From: Fibrobacterales bacterium Fibro_02
Lineage (GTDB): Bacteria > Fibrobacterota > Fibrobacteria > Fibrobacterales > Fibrobacteraceae
Assembly: GCA_001603905.1 (NCBI GenBank)
Contig: LVAE01000102.1
Coordinates: forward strand, 11,365-75,364
Length of the DNA stretch: 64,000 bases
Direction: 5' to 3'
The notes under the pieces were generated by a model. It made no database searches. It was given only the letters and a program-made list of their open reading frames with translations, and was not told the origin of the DNA. Positions 36,689 to 45,777 of the stretch are shown piece after piece (positions within the stretch are counted from its first letter, which is position 1; every line of letters begins with the position of its first letter). The position numbers and the translations under genes were made by a program.

Positions 36689-39028
36689 ATGGCTGAGAGC
36701 CTTTATTCCGATTCGCTGTACCTGTTGGTACTTTCGGTGCTGGCATTATTGCTGTCGCTATCGTTCCCGATGTTGCTGAGCAGCAAGATGACGGCGAAGG
36801 CTCTTCCGTCCTCGCTTCGACAAATGATCATTATCAATATCGCCTGGAACCTGGGCGGTGTGATTGGCATTCTCTTCTTTTATGGCCCTGTCGAGGTCGG
36901 CTCGCCTAAATACATCGGACGGTTGATCCTGTTCGGGCTTCAGGCGATTTTCTGGATCAGGGTGACGATAGTTACCTATAGCATCGGTGAACTGGTTCTG
37001 TTCAATAGGCGCAAGTCCTTTGGCTACTTAATGTCGTTGTTGAGTACCGTGGTGGTTGCGTTGTTGACACTTTTGCTGATTTTCGCTCCGGAGGCGGTAG
37101 CCGGAATCAGTATCCTGGGATTGCATCCTTTCGAAAAGACCCCTATTTTTTCGAGCTTCACGTTTGCCTATCTCCTGTTCGTTGCCCCGTTTGCAGTCCT
37201 GACCATCTACCAGCTTCTGCGAGGTACGCTGCATTCGCTCGATGCGACCATTACGCAGACGGGCGCCTACATGGTGTCCTGCTATACAGTCCTGATGGTT
37301 CTTGCGGTTCTATTCGATTTCGTCATCCCGATTGCAAATCGTTTTGATTCGAGTATCGGCAGTTTCCATTTCTTGGTATGGCACCAGTTCCTGTGTCTTT
37401 TCTTGGCGGTGTTGTGCGGACAGTATTACACGTCGGCACGCTTTAGGGATAAGAGTGCCTACTGGTTCTTGCAGAAGCTTATCAGCAAGATCGAAGACGG
37501 TGTCATCTATTTTGATGACCGAGGCAAGATTGAATACGCCAACTATGGTGCTTCCAAGTTGCTCGGCCAGTCTGCCGCGAGCCTGCGCGGACGCTCGATC
37601 AAGAGCCTGTTCCCGCCGAACCTTGATTTCTTCCGTGAGACGGTCTACAGTGACGTGCGTGTTGCTATTGATGGCGAAACGCATGTGCTCAAGATTCATT
37701 TCTTCAAGTGCCGCCAGACACTGATGACAGTTCTCAATGTCGCTTTCTTTACTGACCAGTCCAAGACGCTCCTGTTGCAACAGAATATCAAGACACTGAA
37801 TGAACAGTATGTGGAGTATACGCATGACCTGGTGCGTTACCAGGATCGCCTGAACAAGGAAGCGAGGGTCAAGGCCGAAAAGGAAAACGTGCTGAACACC
37901 TTGATCAATGCTCTTCCGTTTAGAGTGTGGTACAAGAGTGAACTGGGCGTCTACCAGACGCAGAACCAGATGGACCTGGACAAGCGCGGATCCCGTGGCG
38001 GAGCCCGCGATAATCTCGACGATATTTCGGAATACGAGACCGATGCCCGCGAGAAGGGTGAAGTCAAGGTCTATACCTCTTTCGAAACGGTTGACGGCAA
38101 GGAAATTTCACAGGACGAGGCGAACAGGCTCGCGAAGAACGGCGAACTTGTCCAGACGTTCGACAACATGTACATTCCCATTATCCAGGGGACGGCTCCT
38201 TACAAGACCCTTTGCTTGAAGGTCGACATGACGGAGCAGCGTAGGCTCGAACAGGAACGTAACATGCTCCGCGAACAGAAGTTCATCCATTCGAGACTCG
38301 AAGAACTGGGTACGATGTGCGGCGCCTTTGCACACGACTACAACAATATTCTGGGATCGCAGATTGGTTTCTGCGAACTGGCTCTCGAGACGCTCCCGCA
38401 GGACAACGACGCCTACATGTTCGTGAGCGAGGCAAAGAAGGCGGCGGAACGCGGAAAAGTCTCTATCGCGGAATTGCTGAACGTGATTCGTGGCAACGCC
38501 AATGCGGCAACGCCTGCAATGGTGTTCTCTCCGTATATGATTATCGAGGACGTTGTCAAGAAGATTTCTCTGACACTTCCGCCCAATATCGTGGTTCACA
38601 GCGAAAACCTGGACAAGAAACTGAAAATCAAGGGCATCGTGGCGTCGTTGGACCGCATCATCAGCAATATGGCGAACAACGCAATCTTTGCCATGAAGCA
38701 GACGGGTGGCACGCTTACCTTCGGCCTCTCGCCGGTGACGCTCGAAACCCAGCTGGTGACCCCGTATGCACCTCCCGTGCCGGCCGGAAGTTATGCCAAG
38801 TTCGAAATTGCCGATACGGGCTCGGGGATGGATTCGGGGACCCTGGAACGCATTTTTGCACCGTTCTTTACGACCAAGGCGCCCGGAGAGGGGCTCGGGC
38901 TTGGACTTTCGTCTGCACTTAGGCTCCTAAAAGAGGGTAATGCCTACTTTACTGTGCAGACAACTTTGGGCGAAGGAACTACATTTTATCTATATTGGCC
39001 ACTGGAAACTGAAACGAAGGAGGACTAG
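36689..39028 (+). CDS. Multi-TM PAS-domain sensor histidine kinase
   Basis: About 7 N-terminal TM helices, PAS (DGVIYFDDRGKIEYAN), H-box FAHDYNNIL, N-box NMANNA, DTGSGM, FFTTK and GLGLGLS. Confidence 0.92.
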   Translation: MAESLYSDSLYLLVLSVLALLLSLSFPMLLSSKMTAKALPSSLRQMIIINIAWNLGGVIGILFFYGPVEVGSPKYIGRLILFGLQAIFWIRVTIVTYSIGELVLFNRRKSFGYLMSLLSTVVVALLTLLLIFAPEAVAGISILGLHPFEKTPIFSSFTFAYLLFVAPFAVLTIYQLLRGTLHSLDATITQTGAYMVSCYTVLMVLAVLFDFVIPIANRFDSSIGSFHFLVWHQFLCLFLAVLCGQYYTSARFRDKSAYWFLQKLISKIEDGVIYFDDRGKIEYANYGASKLLGQSAASLRGRSIKSLFPPNLDFFRETVYSDVRVAIDGETHVLKIHFFKCRQTLMTVLNVAFFTDQSKTLLLQQNIKTLNEQYVEYTHDLVRYQDRLNKEARVKAEKENVLNTLINALPFRVWYKSELGVYQTQNQMDLDKRGSRGGARDNLDDISEYETDAREKGEVKVYTSFETVDGKEISQDEANRLAKNGELVQTFDNMYIPIIQGTAPYKTLCLKVDMTEQRRLEQERNMLREQKFIHSRLEELGTMCGAFAHDYNNILGSQIGFCELALETLPQDNDAYMFVSEAKKAAERGKVSIAELLNVIRGNANAATPAMVFSPYMIIEDVVKKISLTLPPNIVVHSENLDKKLKIKGIVASLDRIISNMANNAIFAMKQTGGTLTFGLSPVTLETQLVTPYAPPVPAGSYAKFEIADTGSGMDSGTLERIFAPFFTTKAPGEGLGLGLSSALRLLKEGNAYFTVQTTLGEGTTFYLYWPLETETKED

Positions 39029-39405
39029 TGTCTACTATCCTGATTATCGATGACGACGAACAGTTCAACCTCATGATGAAAAAAGCTCTTGAAATCAAGG
39101 GCTACAACGTCGAGACTGCCAAGAATGGTCGCGAAGCCAAGGCTTTGTACCAGAACAAGACCTACGACGTGATCATCACCGACATCATTATGCCGGATGT
39201 GGACGGTTATGAAGTAATCCTGGACCTGCGTCGCTTGGGAATGAGCGACCGTACCATTGCCGTTAGTGGCGGTGGCCGTACCTCGGCCGAAGATTACCTG
39301 ATGACTGCCCAGCATTTCGATGCCGCTGCGACATTCAACAAGCCCGTAGAACTGCAAGCCCTTCGCGCCAAAGTCGAAGAAATTATCAAGAGTCACGCCT
39401 CCTAG
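39028..39405 (+). CDS. Single-domain response regulator (receiver)
   Basis: ILIIDDD, DIIMPDVDG, SGGG and FNKP motifs; GTG start overlaps the kinase stop. Confidence 0.92.
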   Translation: MSTILIIDDDEQFNLMMKKALEIKGYNVETAKNGREAKALYQNKTYDVIITDIIMPDVDGYEVILDLRRLGMSDRTIAVSGGGRTSAEDYLMTAQHFDAAATFNKPVELQALRAKVEEIIKSHAS

Positions 39406-39413
39406 AGTAAACG

Positions 39414-40883
39414 ATGAATATCCTGATCGCGGATTTGGATCAGAAGTTTATCGAGGGCGTGGAGCGTTCCTGGTCGGTGCCAGGGACCAATTTGTTGGTA
39501 TGCCGTAACGAAGCCGGGCTCATGCCCCTCGTCAAGAAGGATTCGATAGACCTTGCGTTTATCGAGGTTCCGTTCCTGATGCAGGACAACATGGACATGG
39601 TGAGTTTCCTGAAGGAAAAACACCCCGGAATCGAGATATTTGTGCTTTGCGACGACCGTAACTGGCAGGGTGCCGCCTCGGCGATTACGCGCGGGGCGAA
39701 CAGTTTCCTGAAAAAGCCAGTCACTCTTTCCCTGCTGGAATCGACCGCCCGCAAAATCCAGTCGCAGTTGCAGAACCGCACGAACAACCAGCTCATGGAA
39801 TCCCAGGTGCTGGACAGCCTTCTGGGCAATACGCCCGAGATGCGCAAAATTTTGAAGACGGTCTACAAGGTGGCGCCTACCAACAGTACTGTTCTTATTA
39901 CCGGCGAGTCCGGTTCGGGTAAGGAATTCCTGGCGAATGTCATTCACCGTTACAGCAAGCGTGCGACAGAACCGTTTGTGGCAGTGAACTGCGGCGCCAT
40001 TCCCGAGAACCTGGTCGAAAGCGAACTTTTCGGTAGCAAGAAGGGCTCCTATACGGGCTCGACGACCGACAAGAAGGGCCTGTTCGAATCCGCGAACGGC
40101 GGTACGCTTTTCCTGGACGAAGTGGGAGAACTGTCTGCCGCTACCCAGGTGAAGTTATTGCGCTTCTTGCAAAGCCACGAAATCAGGCGCGTGGGCGAGA
40201 CCGAACCTCGTTATTTGGATGTCCGCGTGCTTGCGGCGACCAACCGCGACTTGCAGGAATCCATGCAGAAGGGAACCTTCCGCGAAGACCTTTATTACCG
40301 CCTGAACACTTTCCACCTGATGCTTCCTCCGCTCCGTGAAAGGAAGCCCGCGCTTCCGAACCTGATCAAGTACTTCATCCTGAAGAACAAGGATGCGCAG
40401 GGAAAGGAAATTGTCGATCTGGAACCGGCGGCCCTGTATGCGCTTACCAAGTATCCGTATCCGGGCAACATCCGCGAACTGGAAAATATTATCGAACATG
40501 CCATCGTGCTTGCCGAAGGTGGCGTAATCCGCTTAGAAGATTTGCCCGAAGAAGTGCAGGAATGCGCCCGCGAAAAGACGATGGCGATTCCGCATATCAA
40601 GGGGGAATCCCCGGAACCGATCGAAGCCGAAGTTGAAAGACTACCGGGCATTTCGTTTGAAGGGACGGGTAAGTCGAATGCTCCGGAACAGAAATCGGCC
40701 ATGGAAGGCGAGTCCGAAGAAATCCTCTCGCTCGAGGAAATGGAGCGCCGACATATCTTGCATGCATTGAGCGTGTGCGGCGGAAACAAGACCGAAGTAT
40801 GCAAGCGACTTGGAATTAGCCGTGCGACCCTGTGGCGTAAATTGAAAGAACTCAAGATTATGATGGATGGCGACGATGCCTGA
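39414..40883 (+). CDS. NtrC/Fis-family AAA+ transcriptional regulator with atypical receiver
   Basis: GESGSGKE, VNCGAIP, ESELFG, LFLDEVGE, FREDLYYRL, PGNIRELEN and C-terminal HTH LGISRATLWRK; GAFTGA position reads GSYTGS. Confidence 0.92.
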   Translation: MNILIADLDQKFIEGVERSWSVPGTNLLVCRNEAGLMPLVKKDSIDLAFIEVPFLMQDNMDMVSFLKEKHPGIEIFVLCDDRNWQGAASAITRGANSFLKKPVTLSLLESTARKIQSQLQNRTNNQLMESQVLDSLLGNTPEMRKILKTVYKVAPTNSTVLITGESGSGKEFLANVIHRYSKRATEPFVAVNCGAIPENLVESELFGSKKGSYTGSTTDKKGLFESANGGTLFLDEVGELSAATQVKLLRFLQSHEIRRVGETEPRYLDVRVLAATNRDLQESMQKGTFREDLYYRLNTFHLMLPPLRERKPALPNLIKYFILKNKDAQGKEIVDLEPAALYALTKYPYPGNIRELENIIEHAIVLAEGGVIRLEDLPEEVQECAREKTMAIPHIKGESPEPIEAEVERLPGISFEGTGKSNAPEQKSAMEGESEEILSLEEMERRHILHALSVCGGNKTEVCKRLGISRATLWRKLKELKIMMDGDDA

Positions 40884-42288
40884 TTTTGAAAACCAACAGA
40901 ACAATTTTGAAGGCCGTCAGGTCCCGATGGACCTTGAGGCGGAACGTTGCCTGCTCGGTAGTATTTTGCGCGATCCGGATGTGATGGGCAATGCCATCAT
41001 GACCATCAAGGACGAAAGCTTTTTTTATCTGGAAAAGCACCAGCTGATATGGACAGCCCTCTGTACGCTCAACCGTAATGTGACTCCGATCGACTTGGTG
41101 ACTTTGGCCTCGGAACTCGAGACCATGAACAAGCTAGCACTCGTGGGTGGCCGCGAATACTTGTTTGAACTCATGGAATCGGTTGCGTCTTCGGCGAATA
41201 CGGAATGGCATATCGAGCTGTTGCGCAAGAAGGCGACTCTCCGCAAGCTGATCAAGTCGTCTTCAACGATTATCAAGAATGCAATGGATCCGGCAGCGCT
41301 TCCTGACGAAGTCTTGCAGGATGCCGAACGTGATATCTTTGCGATTGCCGACGACCAGATTAAGGATTCTCTCAAGCCGATCCAGAGCTTCGTGACGCCG
41401 CTCCTGGAACGTCTGAATAACCGTAAGGACGGTATCACGGGCATTCGCACGGGCATTGCCGAACTCGACGAACTCACGAACGGTCTCCAGAATTCCGACC
41501 TGATTATTTTGGCGGCGCGTCCGGGTGTGGGTAAGACTTCTTTTGCCCTGACGATTGCAGCGAATGCGGCCATCAACTACCACCACAACGTGGCGTTCTT
41601 CAGTCTCGAAATGGACGGCGTGCAGCTTGCCCAGCGTCTGCTTTGCTCCCAGGCGCAGATCGACCAGAGCAAGCTCCGTAACGGTTACCTGAACAGCGAC
41701 GAAAAGAAAAAACTGATTGCCGCTGTGTCGCCTATTCAGCAGGCTCCGCTCTATGTCGACGACAACGCGGACCTCGGCATCATGGAACTCATGAGCAAGG
41801 CGCGTCAGCTCAAGCGCAAGGGAAAGCTTGACCTGCTGATTATCGACTACTTGCAGCTGATGAAAACGGGCAAGGAAGAAAACCGTGCGGTCGCCATCGG
41901 TGCGATTTCCCGTGGCTTGAAAATCCTCGCAAAGGAAATGCAAATCCCCGTGATCGCACTTGCCCAGCTTAGCCGTAAGGTCGAAGAAAAGGGACGCGAA
42001 CGCCCGCAGCTCTCTGACCTTCGTGAATCGGGTTCTATCGAACAGGATGCCGACATGGTGTGGTTCGTGGAACGTAAGTTCGTGCAGACTCACCGCGAAG
42101 AAGACAAGCATTCTGCAGAACTTATCGTGGCGAAACACCGTAACGGCTCGGTCAAGGACATCCCGATGACGTTCATCCCGGAATACACCACATTCTACGA
42201 CGCAGCCCCCGAAGGCGAAGAGGGTGGCGAGGCCTATGCCTACGACGACTCCGGCGACATGGGTGCAACCGATTTCGGAAGTTTCTAG
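40867..42288 (+). CDS. dnaB: Replicative DNA helicase
   Basis: AARPGVGKT, FSLEM, IIDYLQL, LAQLSR, SDLRESGSIEQDAD and AKHRNG motifs; no intein. Confidence 0.97.
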   Translation: MATMPDFENQQNNFEGRQVPMDLEAERCLLGSILRDPDVMGNAIMTIKDESFFYLEKHQLIWTALCTLNRNVTPIDLVTLASELETMNKLALVGGREYLFELMESVASSANTEWHIELLRKKATLRKLIKSSSTIIKNAMDPAALPDEVLQDAERDIFAIADDQIKDSLKPIQSFVTPLLERLNNRKDGITGIRTGIAELDELTNGLQNSDLIILAARPGVGKTSFALTIAANAAINYHHNVAFFSLEMDGVQLAQRLLCSQAQIDQSKLRNGYLNSDEKKKLIAAVSPIQQAPLYVDDNADLGIMELMSKARQLKRKGKLDLLIIDYLQLMKTGKEENRAVAIGAISRGLKILAKEMQIPVIALAQLSRKVEEKGRERPQLSDLRESGSIEQDADMVWFVERKFVQTHREEDKHSAELIVAKHRNGSVKDIPMTFIPEYTTFYDAAPEGEEGGEAYAYDDSGDMGATDFGSF

Positions 42289-42298
42289 GAAATTGCGT

Positions 42299-43081
42299 AT
42301 GTCGTTTGTAGTACTCCCCTTTGCCTGGTTTGGAAAGATTATCGTGACCGGTATTGCCAATATCGGTGAAGTGGTGTGCATCCTGTTGAACACGCTGAAA
42401 CAGTTGCGCTATATCCATAAGAATCCGTCGCTGATTGTCAAGCAGATGATATCGATTGGCGTGTCGTCGCTTCCACTGCTGTTCGTGACCTCCATTTTTA
42501 CGGGCATGGTCGCGACGGTGCAGGCAGAATTTGAATTCCACAATCTGGTTGCAGACAAGTTTGTGGGAACGGCCGCTTGCAAGATGATCTTGATCGAACT
42601 TGGACCACTCCTCACGGCGATTGTGCTTTCGGGCCGCGTGGGCTCTGCCGTGGCGGCAGAACTCGGTTCCATGAAGGAAAAGGAAGAACTCGCGGCCTAT
42701 ACGGTGCTGGGGCTTGAACCTTATCGTTACTTGGCGCTTCCGCGCTTTGTGGCGTTCTTTACGATGGTGCCCTGCCTTACGGTGATTTCGAATGCGCTTG
42801 CCATTATCGGTGGCTGGATTGTGTGCGTGCTCGGTCTTGACATTACGACCTATACCTATGTGACCGGGATGCAGTACCTGTTTGACCCGATGGATTTGTG
42901 GTCCGGCGTGCTCAAGTCGTTTGTCTTTGGAACCTTGATTTTCTTGCTGGGTTACTACCACGGCATCAATGCCAAGGCGGGTGCCCGCGGCGTGGGAATC
43001 GCTACCATGAGCGTGGTGGTTTCCAGTTGCCTTATGATTTTGATTGCTGACTTTGTGATGGACGCCATCCTGTTCTTCTAA
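42299..43081 (+). CDS. mlaE: MlaE family lipid ABC transporter permease
   Basis: ELGPLLTAIVLSGRVGSAVAAELGSMK and GARGVG motifs; start at ATG 42299. Confidence 0.9.
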   Translation: MSFVVLPFAWFGKIIVTGIANIGEVVCILLNTLKQLRYIHKNPSLIVKQMISIGVSSLPLLFVTSIFTGMVATVQAEFEFHNLVADKFVGTAACKMILIELGPLLTAIVLSGRVGSAVAAELGSMKEKEELAAYTVLGLEPYRYLALPRFVAFFTMVPCLTVISNALAIIGGWIVCVLGLDITTYTYVTGMQYLFDPMDLWSGVLKSFVFGTLIFLLGYYHGINAKAGARGVGIATMSVVVSSCLMILIADFVMDAILFF

Positions 43082-43090
43082 GGTAAGATT

Positions 43091-43882
43091 ATGCCTAACG
43101 TAAAAATCGACCCGAACGATATTGCCATTCGCCTCAAGGGACTCAAGAAATCCTTTGGCCCGCAGGATGTGCTTTGCGACGTGAACCTTGACATTCGCCG
43201 TGGCGAGACGATGGTGATTATCGGCAAGTCCGGTGGCGGAAAGTCGGTGATTCTAAAGCATATGATCGGCCTGTTGCAGCCGGATGGCGGCGAAGTGACG
43301 GTGGACGGCGTGACCATCAGTACGCCGAAGTTTTTCGATACGCATACGATCCGTCGCAAGATGGGTATGCTTTTCCAGATGGGCGCACTTTTTGACTCGA
43401 TGGATACCGGCGAGAATATTGCGTTTGCTCTTCGTGAACATCACCCGGAACTTTCCGAGAAAGAGATTCAGGATGTGGTCACCGAAAAACTCCAGATGAT
43501 CAACCTGGTGCCCGAATTCCGCACCAAGATGCCGTCTGAACTTTCGGGCGGTATGCGCAAGCGTGTTGCCTTGGCCCGTGCAATCGCCCTGAACCCTGAA
43601 ATCCTGCTGTACGATGAACCGACGACCGGTTTGGACCCCATCACGAGTGACGTGATTAACGACCTGATTCTCGATATGCAGAGCAAGCTCGGGGTGACCT
43701 CGGTGGTGGTGACGCACGACATGGTGAGTGCCTTCAAGGTGGCCGACCGTATCGCGATGCTTTACAACGGCCGCATTATCGAGGTGGGCACGGTGGATGA
43801 AATCAAGAACACCAGCAACCCCTACGTGCACCAGTTTATTACCGGTCAGCGCAAGATTTCTGTGGAAGAGGGCGAAGCGTAA
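43091..43882 (+). CDS. mlaF: MlaF family ABC ATP-binding protein
   Basis: GKSGGGKS, FQMGALFDS, PSELSGGMRKRVALARA and YDEPTTGLDP motifs. Confidence 0.9.
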   Translation: MPNVKIDPNDIAIRLKGLKKSFGPQDVLCDVNLDIRRGETMVIIGKSGGGKSVILKHMIGLLQPDGGEVTVDGVTISTPKFFDTHTIRRKMGMLFQMGALFDSMDTGENIAFALREHHPELSEKEIQDVVTEKLQMINLVPEFRTKMPSELSGGMRKRVALARAIALNPEILLYDEPTTGLDPITSDVINDLILDMQSKLGVTSVVVTHDMVSAFKVADRIAMLYNGRIIEVGTVDEIKNTSNPYVHQFITGQRKISVEEGEA

Positions 43883-43894
43883 AGGCTTTCCCGG

Positions 43895-44047
43895 CTGGAT
43901 CCCGTTCGCCTCTTCGAGGCTCCAGGATGACTCTTCTAGAACCGTAATGGAATGCCCCCCATCGTCATTCTCGACGCGCCTGCTTCGGCAAGGATGCTGT
44001 ACCCGTGCCGTCATTCTCGACGGAGCGAAGCGACGGAGGGAATCCAT
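43895..44047. repeat. Cluster of three REP-like units
   Basis: CTGGATCCC...CTCCAGGATGAC (43895-43931), GTCATTCTCGAC (43964) and GTCATTCTCGACGGAGCGAAGCGACGGAGGGAATCCAT (44010-44047). Confidence 0.75.
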
Positions 44048-44195
44048 AACTTGAGGTTCTGCTTGATATTTTGTTTAGCAATGTTTACATGTCGGTGGCG
44101 TGTATGTAAAAAATATGTGTTTTTAAGCACGAAATTATCACTAAGTGTAACGCTTTTGATTTGAATAATGTATTTTTCGGACAAAGAGGTTTTAT

Positions 44196-45476
44196 ATGAA
44201 CAAGAAACTTTTTTCAGGACTTGCATTGATGTCGGTGGCCGCTACCGCCTTTTGGGCATGCGGCGAAGGTAACATCAATGGCAAGGATTTGAATGACGAT
44301 ATTGCGATGGCTTCCAATGAACAGGACTTGCAGACGTTAAAGGACAATGCCATCGAAGATTGCCGTATTACTCCGGACTGCTACTTGAAGTATCAGGGTT
44401 ATTTGGAAGGAACGGATGTTCCGAGCTCGGTAGATAATCCGACTTCGTCCGCTTCGTTGACTCCGCAGAGCAGCAACTCCTTAATTATTCCGGGATTGTC
44501 TTCCTCTATCAAGATTGCTCGTAGCTCTTCGTCCATAAACATTATCGATGATCCGGGTGAATCCTCTTCTTCTGGTCCGGCTCCGATTACCGACGATACG
44601 TTCGGAACTTGCGCTCCGGCCAAGACCCCCATTAACAAGGGTACTTCTGTTCAGTGGAAGTTTACCGCTAACTCCAAGTATCCGGGCTTTGACGCCTTGA
44701 AAATTGCTAAGGCTACTTATACATGGTCCTTTGCTGCCGATGCAGTTGATGATGGCACAGGCAAGGGCACGATGAGTGGCAATATTACTTATCCGAATTC
44801 CGGCGCAACGACCGCTTCTGTCACGGTGCTGTATGATGGCACCCCGATTACCGTGGCCTGTGATCCGCTGCAGGTGAACGGTGCCGAAATTACGGGTTGT
44901 ACTTGCGAACCCGATGTTGCTATTCCGGATGTTGCAAATGGCCCGGTCACTGTTACATGGTCTGTATCTAAGTGTGCTACTGTTGGCGCCACGATTACTG
45001 GTTATGAATGGACAGGTGCTACTGGAACGGGCGAATCTGCTACCGCAGCATTCTCCGAAAAAGACCAGGAGATTACTCCGACAGTGGTTGTTTCCAACGA
45101 TGACAATACCAAGCAGTCTTTTACTTGCTCGGCAGTGAAGGCTATCGATGCAAGCAAGCCTGACTATGAATTTACGGATCAGGGAAATACAAACGCTATT
45201 CCGTTTGTTGGCAATGTGGATGCTACTGTAGTGTTCAATCTTCCGTCGGGTTGGCATGGCGCTGGTGATGCTGGCACATGTACCTTTGCTTGCCAGGTTG
45301 ATAGAGGTGGAACTGGTGATGGAAAAATTACGGGATCTATTGGTACAGTCGAAATTGATGGTGGTGACTATGTTACTGCATCGATCGATGTTGCCAATAC
45401 TATCGGTGGTAAGTCCCTACCGTTTGTCTTGAATGTTGGATCCAATGCCGGCGCGTCCTGCTTCGTTGCTTGGTAA
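44196..45476 (+). CDS. Cys-rich lipoprotein with Ser-rich linker and PKD/Ig-like domains
   Basis: gagg RBS, lipobox FWA-C, SSS-rich linker, paired-Cys beta domains. Confidence 0.8.
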   Translation: MNKKLFSGLALMSVAATAFWACGEGNINGKDLNDDIAMASNEQDLQTLKDNAIEDCRITPDCYLKYQGYLEGTDVPSSVDNPTSSASLTPQSSNSLIIPGLSSSIKIARSSSSINIIDDPGESSSSGPAPITDDTFGTCAPAKTPINKGTSVQWKFTANSKYPGFDALKIAKATYTWSFAADAVDDGTGKGTMSGNITYPNSGATTASVTVLYDGTPITVACDPLQVNGAEITGCTCEPDVAIPDVANGPVTVTWSVSKCATVGATITGYEWTGATGTGESATAAFSEKDQEITPTVVVSNDDNTKQSFTCSAVKAIDASKPDYEFTDQGNTNAIPFVGNVDATVVFNLPSGWHGAGDAGTCTFACQVDRGGTGDGKITGSIGTVEIDGGDYVTASIDVANTIGGKSLPFVLNVGSNAGASCFVAW

Positions 45477-45496
45477 TCCACTAAAACTCTAATTTC

Positions 45497-45524
45497 AGAA
45501 AAGCTCCCTCCGGGGAGCTTTTCT
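45497..45524 (+). terminator. Rho-independent terminator
   Basis: agaaaagctccc-tccg-gggagcttttct. Confidence 0.8.
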
Positions 45525-45720
45525 TGTATATGTACAATCATTGATTGTCCCGAATATTGTCTATTGAATAATTAGCTATTGAAAGAAATGGCTGTCAAAA
45601 AACTTGACACTACCAAACACAAGGGGCTTCCTGCAGGGAAGCCGTTGTTCTGTTCGCTCGTAGTTCTGTCTGCTCTTTATTCAGTCCATTAGAATTAGAC
45701 GCACATTCAAAACCATATAC

Positions 45721-45750
45721 AAAAAAAAGCAAGCCCTTGGACTTGCTTCT
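45721..45750 (-). terminator. Probable terminator of the dedA-like gene
   Basis: A8 run plus aagcaag...cttgctt hairpin. Confidence 0.55.
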
Positions 45751-45777
45751 GAAAGCTTTTCAATGAAACTGTAATTT

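Noticed and set aside
40867-42288. Intein in DnaB
   Set aside because: Normal length (473 aa) with contiguous motifs
43895-44047. Repeats as a possible CRISPR array
   Set aside because: Mixed orientation, variable internal sequence, no regular spacers and no cas genes; REP-like instead
45540-45720. AT-rich gap with a ggcttcc/ggaagcc hairpin, possible sRNA or IS remnant
   Set aside because: Only one short hairpin; no ORF, terminal repeats or recognisable RNA motif
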